Assembly (NCBI GenBank): GCA_947383685.1 | Contig: CANDEE010000001.1 | Span: 2,152 to 66,151, forward strand | Origin: an uncultured Pseudoflavonifractor sp. | GTDB lineage: Bacteria; Bacillota; Clostridia; Oscillospirales; Oscillospiraceae | Direction: 5' to 3' | DNA: 64,000 bases | In this document: piece after piece, positions 20,201-30,176 of the stretch | Layout: each line of letters opens with the position of its first letter | How positions within the stretch are numbered: the first letter of the stretch is position 1 | Notes under the pieces: model-generated | What the model was told of the DNA's origin: nothing | Databases searched by the model: none | The model's input: only the letters and a program-made list of their open reading frames with translations | Made by a program: the position numbers and the translations under genes

Positions 20201-20279
20201 AACAAATGTCGTCTTTCTGTATAACTACTATTTTGACAGCAATAGTGGAAAAATCATAATTGAAAACAGCCAAGGCTGA
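17205..20279 (+). CDS. S-layer homology (3 SLH) surface protein
   Basis: Signal peptide; FRPDDALTRAE, MRPTAPVTRQE, FEPTQAVTRAQ; beta-rich region; Gly/Ser linker; Ig-like C-terminal domains. Confidence 0.9.
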   Translation: MKRIAALLLSGAMFFSMAVPVQGAEAAKFPDVSGHWAQETIGKWQEYGVANGDKQTGAFRPDDALTRAELATLLERIMGYQDKGSVRYTDVASNAWYAQDLSRLSTAGILTGYGDGTMRPTAPVTRQEAAVMLCRVFGIEAAGGTASFEDWDQVAAWAAGSVKALADKGVVQGYKGRFEPTQAVTRAQALAMLDKLAAGVVTQDGTWTQSAQGNLIVNAKNVTLKDLTVTGDLIVAEGVGDGDVILNNVTVKGDVILHGCGANSFHIQAGTSLEGRIIVTKTTTGLIRVVNESGETIPMVYVNDGVSGVTLEGNIGTVVVACDAPVRVRDGKVDSLSVTAANADVTVEAGSTVGRLDVGGKAADSNITVDGTVDTLVTNAPARVNNNGKISKAQAAADGLVLDGKKPSKVTVDKGVKKPVDSTGKEISTSGGSSGGGSSSSGSGSSGGGSSSGGTTAPITVSTVELQLMAPAFGNLPDTADELGVGYTTGTEWKNADGTAPSYRWNSNTFTANQAYMAIVTLTPNSGYTFASSVAVKVVDGEGKTYTPESVTAAGDKRVVTLKYAPTEDHDAVEKLTSSGPEFMMMNSESKISAVFQDNLLTDPATYTYQWYKSTSEEDIGTAVSGATGKEYTITSTDTQAEGTLYFTYKVTVTVNGKAREYTSPQWPVEVKPGNLDPNLIPKVQLSDPGVSWTFIDNQWYSRIDDTKYREYRDEGFSLKPSVAIHSVYDGDRRYEVIYDMEVTLKERSVITRLDGTVIGTAEHTLNSNEGYYPPKEGDIIFADDPYSTVHVYFEYVNEQHDDYYNHIDDYIVDSMIYGGTITVTPRIKNLEASGWVKLPDKSAVLEFDWEKSGEQDKILHVICAGSEVPQWNVPAAMDNSFGPASEEPLILDLTKGTVSFSVPQTLSGSDGTFMECDAIAWVDWIQSVYPDRDDWSDPHERKALDSAGRLTLSLNPDEYENWLSGSGVAGGNAYLRGGVSFYSTENLLDSNVLDMSDKTNVVFLYNYYFDSNSGKIIIENSQG

Positions 20280-20337
20280 CAGAGTAAAAAAAGAAGGCTC
20301 CCGGATGTATTCCGGGGGCCTTCTTTTTTATTTTACT

Positions 20338-21471
20338 TTATCTTCCGATCCACAGCAAATTCGCGTCGCTGACAAAGTTGGGCACCGAGTAGAGGACCAA
20401 TGCCTGGTTGATGCCGTTTTCGGCAATATACTGGCTGGGAGAGAGCTTGCAGTAGCGGAAATCCATCAGGTGGATTTCGGAAAAGTGGGCCGTCAAAAAG
20501 GGCACCAGGGAATCGGAATAGCTGTCCCGGATGAGGAGCAGCTTGGGCTTATCGGGGTTCCCGGTCTTTACCACCCCCAAGGACTGCTGGCCGCCCAGGA
20601 ACATAGAGTACTTATCCTTTTTGGAAAGGTAGCTCTTGTCATAGAGCTGCCTCGGCTCCTCCACAGGATTGCCCTTGCTGTCATAGGTGTGAGAGACGAC
20701 GGTAATGCCATCCTCAGGCACATAGGTATCCATTTCATCGGGTTTGACCCACCGGACCCCGGAGGAGGAAAACACAGTGCCGTAAAATTCGGTGGAGACG
20801 GTGGTCTTGGTATACTGCTCCAGAGGCACAGGGGTATAGCCAAGAGCCTCCGCCAGCCCCACATAGCCGTAGTAGGCCCCCAGGGAAGTCCAGTGGTGGT
20901 CGGTACGGTAGAAAATGGGCTCATCCTTGTGGGAGGTGAGAGCGGCAGACAGGTCTACGAACCGGGGGGAAACGGACTGGGCCGCCTGCTGCATTACCAG
21001 CTTCTGGTCGTAGTTGGGAGCCCCCTGGGGCAGCTTGTCCGCCCACACGCTGGCCTGGGTGGGAATAAGGCCAAAAGTGACGGGCACGCCCGCCTTATCG
21101 GCAAACGTGTTCACATACCCAATGTTATTGGCAAGCCGCTTTTGATCCGGTTCCTCAAACCGGGTGATGAGGGTGGAATCGTCACAGAAATAGACCCCGT
21201 TGTTCTCCTGCTTGCCCACCGCCTTTTCCAGATAGGCCTTGGCAGCAGTCCAGCCGTCCCGGGCGGGGAACTGGTCGGTAATATAGCTCTCGTAGTCCGA
21301 CATGAAGGCCCCGGTACGGACAGTCTTCCAGGAGAGGGCGGGCCGTTGGGCCAGGGCACGGTTCTCAATGTCGGAAAACTCTCTGTCTGGAGTGAGAGCG
21401 TTGGCGGTGACCGCCACGCCTAAAAAGGCGCAAAAGAGAGCGGTGAGAAAAATGGAATATTTTTTTGACAT
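20338..21471 (-). CDS. DHHW family (AlgJ/PatB-like) O-acyltransferase
   Basis: FYRTDHHWT motif, ENRALA, IRDSY, N-terminal membrane anchor. Confidence 0.9.
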   Translation of the reverse strand: MSKKYSIFLTALFCAFLGVAVTANALTPDREFSDIENRALAQRPALSWKTVRTGAFMSDYESYITDQFPARDGWTAAKAYLEKAVGKQENNGVYFCDDSTLITRFEEPDQKRLANNIGYVNTFADKAGVPVTFGLIPTQASVWADKLPQGAPNYDQKLVMQQAAQSVSPRFVDLSAALTSHKDEPIFYRTDHHWTSLGAYYGYVGLAEALGYTPVPLEQYTKTTVSTEFYGTVFSSSGVRWVKPDEMDTYVPEDGITVVSHTYDSKGNPVEEPRQLYDKSYLSKKDKYSMFLGGQQSLGVVKTGNPDKPKLLLIRDSYSDSLVPFLTAHFSEIHLMDFRYCKLSPSQYIAENGINQALVLYSVPNFVSDANLLWIGR

Positions 21472-21483
21472 GAAAAAACCTCC

Positions 21484-22887
21484 TTAAAAACGGAAATAGA
21501 GGAAGGGATTATAGGTAGCGTCCACCAGATAGCAGGTACAGATAAGAAGCCCCGCCAAAATCAGCACGGGCAGCAGGAGCATCCGGGGCTTTTCCCCCAG
21601 TTTGTCCCAGGCCTTTTTCGCCAGGGGGGTGGAGGACACGGCGGCAATGACCAGCATGGGAAGGTAGGAGCGCAGATAATAGAAGAAGGCTCCATCGGTA
21701 AGCCCCCCTCCAGCAAAGCCAAACATAGCTCCCAGGTAGGGCCCCAAGTGGGAGAAATCTTCTACCGCAAAGAGAGCCCAGCCCACGGCAATAAAAAAGA
21801 GGGCGTAAACATGCTGCAGCCAGCCCGGCCAGCGCTCCAACCAGCGGTTCAGGAAGAACTTTTCCACCACCAGCAAGAGTCCGTAGTAAAGGCCCCACAG
21901 CAGAAAATTCCAGCTTGCCCCATGCCAGATACCCGTGGCGGCCCAGACCACCATCAGGTTAAAAAGAAGCCGGGGTTTACTGACCCGGTTGCCTCCCAGG
22001 GGAATATAGAGGTATTCCCGGAACCAGGAGCCGAGGGAAATATGCCACCGCCGCCAGAACTCGGTCAGTGAGCGGGAGATATAGGGATAGTCAAAGTTCC
22101 TGCCGAACTCAAAGCCCAGCATCCGTCCCAGGCCCACCGCCATGTCTGAGTAACCGGAAAAATCAAAATAGAGCTGAAAGGAGAAGGCCAGAATGCCAAG
22201 CCAAGCCCCGGCGGTGGTGAGCTGGGATACCGGAAGGGCCTTGTAGGCGTCCCACAGCATCCCCAGGTTATTGGCCAGCAGTACCTTTTTGGCTAAACCC
22301 ACCACAAAGACCTGCACTCCGGAGGCAAACCGCTCCACAGGATAGCTCCGCTGGTCGATTTGATCTCCCAGGTCTTTATACTTAATAATGGGCCCGGCGA
22401 TCAATTGAGGGAACAGGGTAACGAAAGTACCAAAATTCAGGATGGATTTCTGGGCCTTGGCGTCCCCACGGTACACGTCGATGGTGTAGCTCATGGTCTG
22501 GAAGGTGTAGAAGGAGATACCGATGGGCAGTGTCAAACCCAGCCGGGGCATCACATTCAGTCCCACGGAGGCCAGGCTTCCCGCTATAAAATCCCAGTAT
22601 TTAAAGAAAAACAGCAAAGCCAGGTTGAAAAATACCGAGGAGCAGACCGCCAGCCGGGCCCCCTTGTCATTGCCTTTTTTCTTGCACCGGTCCACCAGAA
22701 GTCCGTGGGTGTAGTCGATGGCGGTGGAGGCAAACATGATGACGATATACACCGGCTCCCCCCAGCCATAAAACAGCAGGTTCAAAACCAGAAGGGTCAG
22801 GTTCCGCCAGCGCAGGGGAGTCAGGTAATAGGCCAAAAGAGTCAGGGGCAGGTATTGAAAGAGAAAGAGAACGCTGGAAAAGACCAA
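21484..22887 (-). CDS. MBOAT family O-acyltransferase (AlgI/PatA-like)
   Basis: LPIGISFYTFQ, FPQLIAGPI, YFDFSGYSDMA, FWRRWHISL, GIWHGA. Confidence 0.95.
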   Translation of the reverse strand: MVFSSVLFLFQYLPLTLLAYYLTPLRWRNLTLLVLNLLFYGWGEPVYIVIMFASTAIDYTHGLLVDRCKKKGNDKGARLAVCSSVFFNLALLFFFKYWDFIAGSLASVGLNVMPRLGLTLPIGISFYTFQTMSYTIDVYRGDAKAQKSILNFGTFVTLFPQLIAGPIIKYKDLGDQIDQRSYPVERFASGVQVFVVGLAKKVLLANNLGMLWDAYKALPVSQLTTAGAWLGILAFSFQLYFDFSGYSDMAVGLGRMLGFEFGRNFDYPYISRSLTEFWRRWHISLGSWFREYLYIPLGGNRVSKPRLLFNLMVVWAATGIWHGASWNFLLWGLYYGLLLVVEKFFLNRWLERWPGWLQHVYALFFIAVGWALFAVEDFSHLGPYLGAMFGFAGGGLTDGAFFYYLRSYLPMLVIAAVSSTPLAKKAWDKLGEKPRMLLLPVLILAGLLICTCYLVDATYNPFLYFRF

Positions 22888-22971
22888 GGCTTGGCCTCCC
22901 TTCGGAAATAATGGGGGGACAGGAAAAGGAGCCGCCGTTTCCAGCGGCCCCTCTATTTTACCCGATTATTC

Positions 22972-23664
22972 TCATTTTGTATAGGTGTTAAATTCAGTGA
23001 CGGCGTCCCCGGCGCAGTCGGCAATGGCAAACAGGATGTAATCCCCGTTGGTCACGAGCTGGTAGTTCTGCACCAGCTCAAGCTGGTCGGGAAGGTACTG
23101 CTTCCACTGCTCAATGAGGTCGGCCTGACGCTTTTCCAGGGCGGCCTTTACCGTGTCCATCTTATCCGGCTGGACCTGGGCAATAAAAAATTCCGTGGCC
23201 TGGGTGTTCATAAAGGGCATTTTGCCGATGTATTCCACCAGGTCGGCGGCGTCAATGCCATAGAGCTGGGAGAGAATGTCGTCGTCCAAGTCCATAAAGT
23301 AGGGCAGCTCCCGGGTGGCGATGGCATCCCATACGGCCTGAACCTTAGAGCCTTCGGTGGGGGCCTGGCTGGGCTCCTCCGTGGGAGCAGGAGGATTAAC
23401 GGGCTGGCTTTGGACGGGCTTCTGGGACTCCAAGGGCTTTACCACCGCGTCGGTTTCGGCGGGCGGGGTAACGACGCTGGCGGACTCGGAGGGTTCTGGA
23501 GTATCCGCTTCTGGAGTGGCGGTAGGGGCTACGCTCTCCACTATATTTGGGGTAACGGTGGCCTCAGGGGTGGGGGTGGCCTCCGGTTCCTTGGGAGAGC
23601 ATGCCGCCAAAGCAAGGATCAAAGTCCCGGTAAGGGCCAGGGCGGAGATAGAAATTTTTTTCAT
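22972..23664 (-). CDS. DUF4358-like lipoprotein
   Basis: LAAC lipobox, Pro/Thr/Glu linker, QYLPDQ...NGDYILF C-terminal domain, upstream of MBOAT-DHHW. Confidence 0.8.
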   Translation of the reverse strand: MKKISISALALTGTLILALAACSPKEPEATPTPEATVTPNIVESVAPTATPEADTPEPSESASVVTPPAETDAVVKPLESQKPVQSQPVNPPAPTEEPSQAPTEGSKVQAVWDAIATRELPYFMDLDDDILSQLYGIDAADLVEYIGKMPFMNTQATEFFIAQVQPDKMDTVKAALEKRQADLIEQWKQYLPDQLELVQNYQLVTNGDYILFAIADCAGDAVTEFNTYTK

Positions 23665-23868
23665 CGGGTTCAAACTCCTTTTTTTGATTGATACGATACC
23701 TTTGACGGCGGAACCACGAAAAAGTTCCCGGAATTTTTCGCAAGGAAAAAATATCTTAAAAATCCAAAAGAGGACTTTCTTTCCCAAAGAAATAGTGATA
23801 GAATAAATAGGTATGTGACGGGTGAAAAAAGCTGCCCGGATAATCAAGAGAAGCGAGGAGAATTTGAT

Positions 23869-24597
23869 ATGAAAACAAAAAACAATCGCGTTACCGCTCT
23901 AGTCCTGGCTGGTGTCCTGAGCCTCTCCCTGAGCGCCTGCGGCGGTAAGGGCCTCACTACGGAGGATGCCTCCACCTGTGTTCAGGTAGAGATGGACTCC
24001 ACCTACAAAGGAAAATTTGACGGCTTTGTAGATTTTTACAGCAACGTGACCACCGATGACGCCAAGGCCCAGTATGACGCCAAAGTTGAGTATGAGGCCG
24101 CCTACTTCATGGACATCTATGGCGTGCCCGACATGGAGGATACCACCGCCAGTCTGGAGCCCAGCGAGATGCAGGCCAAGCGGTCCCGGGACCTTTATAA
24201 GGAGGTCTATGCCAAGGCCGACTACACCATCGCGTCTTCCAGCAAGCAGGATGACGGCACCTTTGCCGTGAAGGTGAACGTGAAGCCCTTGGACATCATC
24301 AAGCTGGTGGACGACAATTTTGACGCTGCCTTTGAGCCTTTCTGGGCCAAGTTTGACGCGGTGGATACCGAGTCCATGTCCGACGACGAGTTTGCTGCCT
24401 GGTACACCGATACCTTTGCCAAGGAGTACTACGACACCCTGTTGGACCTGCTGGAAGCCCAAATCCCCAACATCGGCTACCAGGACGAGAAGAACATCGT
24501 CATCCAGGTTCAGCAGTCCGAGGATGAGTCCCTGTTCATCAGCAACGAGGATTTCAACAACTTGGACTGGCTCATCATTGACTACAACGCCGAATAA
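23869..24597 (+). CDS. Acidic lipoprotein of unknown function (paralogue of 4675-5391)
   Basis: LSAC lipobox; GAGGAG RBS. Confidence 0.82.
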   Translation: MKTKNNRVTALVLAGVLSLSLSACGGKGLTTEDASTCVQVEMDSTYKGKFDGFVDFYSNVTTDDAKAQYDAKVEYEAAYFMDIYGVPDMEDTTASLEPSEMQAKRSRDLYKEVYAKADYTIASSSKQDDGTFAVKVNVKPLDIIKLVDDNFDAAFEPFWAKFDAVDTESMSDDEFAAWYTDTFAKEYYDTLLDLLEAQIPNIGYQDEKNIVIQVQQSEDESLFISNEDFNNLDWLIIDYNAE

Positions 24598-24627
24598 AAA
24601 CAAACAGAAGAAATGGGGCGGGGCGGC

Positions 24628-26112
24628 ATGGGACGGATTGGCTTTGATAACGAGAAATACATAGAGACCCAATCCCGTCACATCAAGGAGCGGATCGGCC
24701 AGTTCGGGGGAAAGCTGTACCTGGAATTTGGCGGAAAGCTCTTTGACGACCATCATGCTGCCAGGGTACTCCCCGGCTTTGAGCCGGACAGCAAGATACG
24801 GATGCTGACCCAGCTCAGCGACCAGGCGGAGATCGTCATTGCCATCTGCGCCTCCGACATTGAGAAGAACAAGGTCCGGGGTGACCTGGGTATTACTTAT
24901 GATGTGGATGTGCTGCGGCTCATTGACGCCTTCCGGGGTATGGGTCTGTATGTAGGCAGCGTGGTCATCACCCAGTATAACCACCAGGGGGCCGCCAAGG
25001 CCTTCCAGAAGCGGTTGGAGGACCTGGGGGTAAAGGTCTACCGCCACTATCCCATCGAGGGTTACCCCCATAACGTGCCCCTGATCGTCTCTGACGAGGG
25101 CTACGGGAAAAACCAGTACATTGAAACCAGCCATCCCCTGGTGGTGGTCACCGCTCCCGGTCCCGGCAGCGGCAAGATGGCGGTGTGCCTGTCCCAGCTC
25201 TACCATGAGTATAAGCGGGGAGTCCAGGCGGGCTATGCCAAATTTGAGACCTTCCCCATCTGGAACCTGCCCCTGGACCATCCGGTGAACCGGGCCTATG
25301 AGGCGGCTACCGCCGACCTCAACGATGTGAACATGATAGACCCCTTTCACCTGGCGGCCTATGGCGAGACCACGGTGAATTACAACCGGGATGTGGAGGT
25401 GTTTCCCGTCCTGTCCGCCATTTTTGAACGGATCATGGGGGAAAGCCCCTACAAGTCCCCCACCGATATGGGGGTCAACATGATCGGAAGCTGCATTGTG
25501 GACGACGAGGTGGTTTGCGACGCCTCCCGGCAGGAGATTTTGCGGCGGTACTATGACGCCATGTGCGACAGGCGGAGGGGCAAGGGCAGTGATGAGATCA
25601 TCTACAAGCTGAAGCTGTTGATGAAGCAGGCCGAGGTAACTCCCTCCATCCGCCCCGTGGTGGGAGAGGCCCTTGTGGTGGCTGAAACCACCGGCGGTCC
25701 CGCCGCCGCCATTGAGCTTCCCGACGGACGGGTTGTGACGGGCAAGACCACAAACCTGATGGGTCCCGCCGCCGGAGTGGTCCTCAACGCGCTGAAGGCG
25801 CTGGCTGGGATTCCAAGAGACCTGGACCTGATTTCCCCCGAGGCCATCATGCCTATTCAGCATTTAAAGGTGGAGCACCTGGGCAGCAAGAATCCCCGGC
25901 TCCACACCGATGAGGTGCTGATCGCCCTGGCCTCCAGCGCCATCGGTAATCCCCTGGCGGATAAGGCCATGGACCAGTTGGCCCTGCTTCGGAACTGCCA
26001 GGCCCATATTTCGGTGCTGCTGTCCTCTGTGGATATGAGAATATACAAAAAGCTGGGCTTGCAGGTCACCTGTGAGCCGAAGTATGAAACGAAAAAGCTG
26101 TACCACAGATGA
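24628..26112 (+). CDS. DUF1846 / UPF0371 family P-loop protein
   Basis: [52 protein letters not shown]. Confidence 0.92.
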   Translation: MGRIGFDNEKYIETQSRHIKERIGQFGGKLYLEFGGKLFDDHHAARVLPGFEPDSKIRMLTQLSDQAEIVIAICASDIEKNKVRGDLGITYDVDVLRLIDAFRGMGLYVGSVVITQYNHQGAAKAFQKRLEDLGVKVYRHYPIEGYPHNVPLIVSDEGYGKNQYIETSHPLVVVTAPGPGSGKMAVCLSQLYHEYKRGVQAGYAKFETFPIWNLPLDHPVNRAYEAATADLNDVNMIDPFHLAAYGETTVNYNRDVEVFPVLSAIFERIMGESPYKSPTDMGVNMIGSCIVDDEVVCDASRQEILRRYYDAMCDRRRGKGSDEIIYKLKLLMKQAEVTPSIRPVVGEALVVAETTGGPAAAIELPDGRVVTGKTTNLMGPAAGVVLNALKALAGIPRDLDLISPEAIMPIQHLKVEHLGSKNPRLHTDEVLIALASSAIGNPLADKAMDQLALLRNCQAHISVLLSSVDMRIYKKLGLQVTCEPKYETKKLYHR

Positions 26113-26172
26113 GAAAAGAACGGCTGACCTGGGTCAGCCGTTCTTTTTTGCTTTTCAGCCGGAAGCCTGCAG

Positions 26173-27240
26173 TCAGGACGAGGAGGAAGCCGTATTCTCC
26201 GGAACAGCCCAAGGCTGGAGATAGTCCTGAAGCTCGTCGTACTCAAACCCAAAGACCCAGTTTTCCTTAGGGGTGGAGTAGGTGAGCTGGATTTCCCGGG
26301 GGAGGAACAGGAGGGCCTGGAGGTCCAGGGCGGCGGCTTGGGCCCGCATTTCCGGGTCGTCGCATTGGGTTGTCATCAGCTGTGCCAGGGCCTGCCGGAC
26401 CTCCGCCTCGGGCTGGGTGAACAGCTCTGCCGCCGGGATGTGACGGCCCGTTTTCCGGTCAAAGGCGGCGCAGATTTTAGTGGTGTGGGAGAGCTGTCCA
26501 TCCAGGGGGGTAGTGACCTCGGTGCAAAAATAGAGCAGGGTATCATTGGAACCGGCAAGAGAAATACTTTGAGAGAGGTACCGCCTGCTCTGGAAGGAAT
26601 CACCCGAGGCCAGATAGTCCTGGTAAGCCCGCTCCAATTCCCGGCCCACGTCGTAGAGAAGCCCCTGGTCCTCGTAGTAGGCCAGCACGGCGGCTTGGGC
26701 CGTTTCGCTGAGAAGATCAAGGTCCTCCTGTCCGGCCGCATGGACGTTTTCAGGCCCCATGGGTTCCCTTTCCAGCAGCAGCTCGGTCCCATCCTCCAAG
26801 CGGTAGAGGGTGGAGCCGTAGCCAAACCAGAAAAGCTCCGCCTTGGCGCCGTCGAATAGAGTTACGGTTTCACCCAGGGAAAATTCCTGAAAGGTTAACC
26901 ATCTGGATGTATAGGCATTTTTGGGACCGCCCTCCTCCGGGTAGGACTGACGGGAGGGCTTGCAGAGGGCGGCGACCTTGGCCCCCGGCTGGAGAATGTC
27001 CCGGACGGCCCACTCCTCCGGGGCGGAGAACACCGCATCCTGGGTGAAAACCACTCCCACCGCCTTACCCTTTTCCGGTTGGAGAATGACAGCCACAGGC
27101 TCTCCGGCCTCGTTATGGACCACCGACGTCACTGTCCCGGAAAGCTCCCGCTCCTTACCGGCGGCCTGGAGTACGGACAGGCAGGCCAGTAAGAGGGCCA
27201 TGCAGGTGCCCAGAAGCAGGGCCTTTTTCATCTCCTTCAT
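26173..27240 (-). CDS. Hypothetical exported protein
   Basis: Signal-peptide-like N-terminus, AAGGAGG RBS, 355 aa. Confidence 0.75.
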   Translation of the reverse strand: MKEMKKALLLGTCMALLLACLSVLQAAGKERELSGTVTSVVHNEAGEPVAVILQPEKGKAVGVVFTQDAVFSAPEEWAVRDILQPGAKVAALCKPSRQSYPEEGGPKNAYTSRWLTFQEFSLGETVTLFDGAKAELFWFGYGSTLYRLEDGTELLLEREPMGPENVHAAGQEDLDLLSETAQAAVLAYYEDQGLLYDVGRELERAYQDYLASGDSFQSRRYLSQSISLAGSNDTLLYFCTEVTTPLDGQLSHTTKICAAFDRKTGRHIPAAELFTQPEAEVRQALAQLMTTQCDDPEMRAQAAALDLQALLFLPREIQLTYSTPKENWVFGFEYDELQDYLQPWAVPENTASSSS

Positions 27241-27419
27241 GCGTTTCGCCTCCTTGCTTTTTTATTATAGTACAGGGGGAAAACGCCGTCAAATTTTTCT
27301 CCGTAAGCCGTTGACAGGGAAAAATGAGGCGAGTAAAATGAAACCTTAGAAAATCCCGGCGAAGGGGCCGGGGAAATACGCAGAAAATCCGGCAACGGGG
27401 TCGGACAGGAGGGAATGTT

Positions 27420-29027
27420 ATGGCAGTCAAGTACATTTTCGTCACTGGCGGCGTGGTATCGGGCTTAGGCAAGGGCATTGCCGCCGCCTCCCTGGGCCGG
27501 CTCCTGAAGGCCAGGGGCTATAAGGTCACCATCCAGAAATTCGACCCCTATCTGAACATTGATCCCGGCACCATGAGCCCCTTCCAGCACGGCGAGGTAT
27601 TCGTTACCGAGGACGGGGCCGAGACCGATCTGGACCTGGGCCACTATGAGCGGTTTATTGACGAAAACCTTACCGTCCACTCCTCGGTGACCTCGGGCAA
27701 GGTCTATTGGGCTGTCCTGAACCGGGAGCGGAGCGGGGACTACCTGGGAGGCACGGTCCAGGTCATCCCCCACATCACCGACGAAATTAAAAAGCGCATC
27801 TATCTGGCGGGACAGGAAACGGGGGCCGACGTGGTTATCACCGAGATTGGCGGCACCGTAGGCGATATTGAATCCCAGCCCTTTTTGGAGGCTATCCGCC
27901 AGGCAGCGGTAGAGGTGGGGCGGGAGAACTGTATGTTCCTCCACGTGTCCCTGGTGGTAGCCATCCCCGGTACAGGGGAGCTGAAAAGCAAGCCTACCCA
28001 GCACTCCGCCAAGGAGCTTCTCAGCCTGGGCATCCAGCCCGATGTGATTTTGTGCCGTTCCGATTACGATATTCCGGAAGATGTGCGCCATAAGATTTCC
28101 CTCTTTTGCAACATCCCCCCGGAGAACGTGATTCCCAACCTGACCGCTCCCATTCTCTATGAGGTTCCCCTTATGCTGGAGACCGAGGGACTGGGCCGCG
28201 TGGCCTGCAAGCGGTTGGGCCTGGAGGATAGGGAACCTGACCTTGCCCGGTGGCGCTCCACAGTGGAGCGGGCCAAAACGGCCCAAAACCATGTAAAAAT
28301 TGCCATGGTGGGCAAGTATATGCAGCTTCATGACGCTTACCTGTCAGTGGCGGAGGCCCTCCATCACGGCGGCATTGAGAACGACGTCATGGTGGACATC
28401 GACTGGGTGGACTCCGAGCGGGTCACAGAGGAAAACGCTGCCCAGGTCCTGGGGGGCTGCGACGGCATTTTGGTCCCCGGCGGCTTTGGAGAGCGAGGCG
28501 TGGAGGGCATGATTGCCGCCATCCGCTATGCCCGGGAGCAAAAAATCCCCTACTTTGGCATCTGCCTGGGAATGCAGATGGCGGTGGTGGAGTTCGCCCG
28601 CCATCTGGCGGGGCTGACCGGCGCCCACTCCACCGAGCTTTGCGACCATACGGATGCTCCGGTCATCGACCTGATGCTCGACCAGCGGGGAATTACCGCC
28701 AAGGGCGGCACCATGCGCCTGGGTGCCTACCCCTGCCGCATCACGGCGGAGGGGGTCCGCCTCCGGGCGGCCTATGGGGCAGAGGAGATTCAGGAGCGGC
28801 ACCGCCACCGCTACGAGTTTAATAACGACTACCGGCAGGCCCTTCAGAACGCGGGCCTGAAGCTGGCGGGCCTCAGCCCCGATGGGCGGCTGGTGGAGGC
28901 GGTGGAGCTTTCCGGCCACCCCTGGTTCGTAGGGGTCCAGTTTCACCCGGAGTTCAAGAGCCGGCCCAATAAGGCCCACCCCCTGTTCCGGGACTTTATT
29001 GCCGCGGCGAAAAAGAACAGTAAATAG
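27420..29027 (+). CDS. pyrG: CTP synthase
   Basis: [44 protein letters not shown]-17-TAAAAT promoter at 27311-27339. Confidence 0.98.
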   Translation: MAVKYIFVTGGVVSGLGKGIAAASLGRLLKARGYKVTIQKFDPYLNIDPGTMSPFQHGEVFVTEDGAETDLDLGHYERFIDENLTVHSSVTSGKVYWAVLNRERSGDYLGGTVQVIPHITDEIKKRIYLAGQETGADVVITEIGGTVGDIESQPFLEAIRQAAVEVGRENCMFLHVSLVVAIPGTGELKSKPTQHSAKELLSLGIQPDVILCRSDYDIPEDVRHKISLFCNIPPENVIPNLTAPILYEVPLMLETEGLGRVACKRLGLEDREPDLARWRSTVERAKTAQNHVKIAMVGKYMQLHDAYLSVAEALHHGGIENDVMVDIDWVDSERVTEENAAQVLGGCDGILVPGGFGERGVEGMIAAIRYAREQKIPYFGICLGMQMAVVEFARHLAGLTGAHSTELCDHTDAPVIDLMLDQRGITAKGGTMRLGAYPCRITAEGVRLRAAYGAEEIQERHRHRYEFNNDYRQALQNAGLKLAGLSPDGRLVEAVELSGHPWFVGVQFHPEFKSRPNKAHPLFRDFIAAAKKNSK

Positions 29028-29140
29028 AGGGCGGCAGTTCTGCGGATTTTCTCCCAATTTATACTTTTTTGCATTTTTCCGCATAGTATGCTATACTATC
29101 TCCATCTATCCCCCGTGAGACAAAAAAGGAGGAATTTTCT

Positions 29141-30043
29141 GTGGGCGACCCCACGATACCCTTACTTATCATTCTTGCTGTTCTTTTGGTGATTGCCAAC
29201 GCCGCCATCGTCTATTTAGTCATCCGGCTCCGGACCCTCCATAAGCGGGCCAGCGAGGAGGACATCCGCCAGATGGTGGACATGGGCGAGGAGAAGGGAG
29301 CCATTGAGAAAGAGGAGAAGGAGCTCATCGAAAATGTCTTTGAGTTCAATAACTCCACCGCCGCCGATGTGATGATCCACCGCACCGATGTGGTAATGCT
29401 TTGGGTGGACGATCCGGCAGAGGAGGTTATGGAAACCATCCGCTCCTCGGGCCTGACCCGGTTCCCGGTCTATGAGGAGGATACCGACGACATCATCGGC
29501 ATCCTGAACACCCGGGAATATCTTCTGAACGCCCAGGAGGAGCACCCCAAGCCCCTGCGGGAACTGCTTCGGAAGGCCTATTTTGTTCCGGAGACCGTCC
29601 GCTCGGACGTGCTGTTCCGGGATATGCAGAGCCGCAAGACCCACTTTGCCGTGGTGGTGGACGAGTACGGCGGCACCAGCGGCATCATCACCATGGAGGA
29701 TCTGATAGAGGAGCTGGTGGGTAATATCTACGATGAGTTCGACCCCCAGGACGAGCAGGAGATCGTGCCTCTGGGAGAGAACCTGTGGCGAATTTCCGGC
29801 GGAGCTGCGCTGGAGGATATTGCGGAGGCGTTGACAATGGAGTTTCCCGCCGACGAGGAGGCCGAGACCCTGGGCGGCCTGGTCTTTGCCAAGCTGGACG
29901 TGATCCCTGCCGACGGCACCCACCCCACCGTAGAGGCCGGGGGCCTTCACATTCAGGTGGAGGAGCTGAATGACCGCCGGGTGGAGTGGGCCAGAGTGAG
30001 TAAGCTGGAGCCTGATCCGGAGAAGGACGAGGAAACAAAATAA
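29141..30043 (+). CDS. CBS-pair + CorC/HlyC domain protein (hemolysin family) with a single N-terminal TM helix
   Basis: TRFPVYE, VVVDEYGGTSGIITMEDLIEELVG, ETLGGLV. Confidence 0.9.
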   Translation: MGDPTIPLLIILAVLLVIANAAIVYLVIRLRTLHKRASEEDIRQMVDMGEEKGAIEKEEKELIENVFEFNNSTAADVMIHRTDVVMLWVDDPAEEVMETIRSSGLTRFPVYEEDTDDIIGILNTREYLLNAQEEHPKPLRELLRKAYFVPETVRSDVLFRDMQSRKTHFAVVVDEYGGTSGIITMEDLIEELVGNIYDEFDPQDEQEIVPLGENLWRISGGAALEDIAEALTMEFPADEEAETLGGLVFAKLDVIPADGTHPTVEAGGLHIQVEELNDRRVEWARVSKLEPDPEKDEETK

Positions 30044-30176
30044 GAAGCGGCGGACGGATTCCCGTCCGCTGTTTTTTTGCCTGCCCGCTTAATTTTAACT
30101 TTAACGATTCTTGCTCCCGGGCCCAAAATTTAGTATAATATCCCTCGCGCGAAAATCACAGACGAGGAGACCCCTT

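Noticed and set aside
14203..25863. Long antisense ORFs 14203-15828, 17175-19382 and 23899-25863
   Set aside because: Stop-poor reverse frames of rnr, the SLH gene and the DUF1846 region; no motifs or RBS
29141..30043. Hemolysin-family gene lacking the multi-TM DUF21 domain as a pseudogene
   Set aside because: Has its own promoter-like sequence, strong RBS, intact frame and terminator; more likely a natural short form
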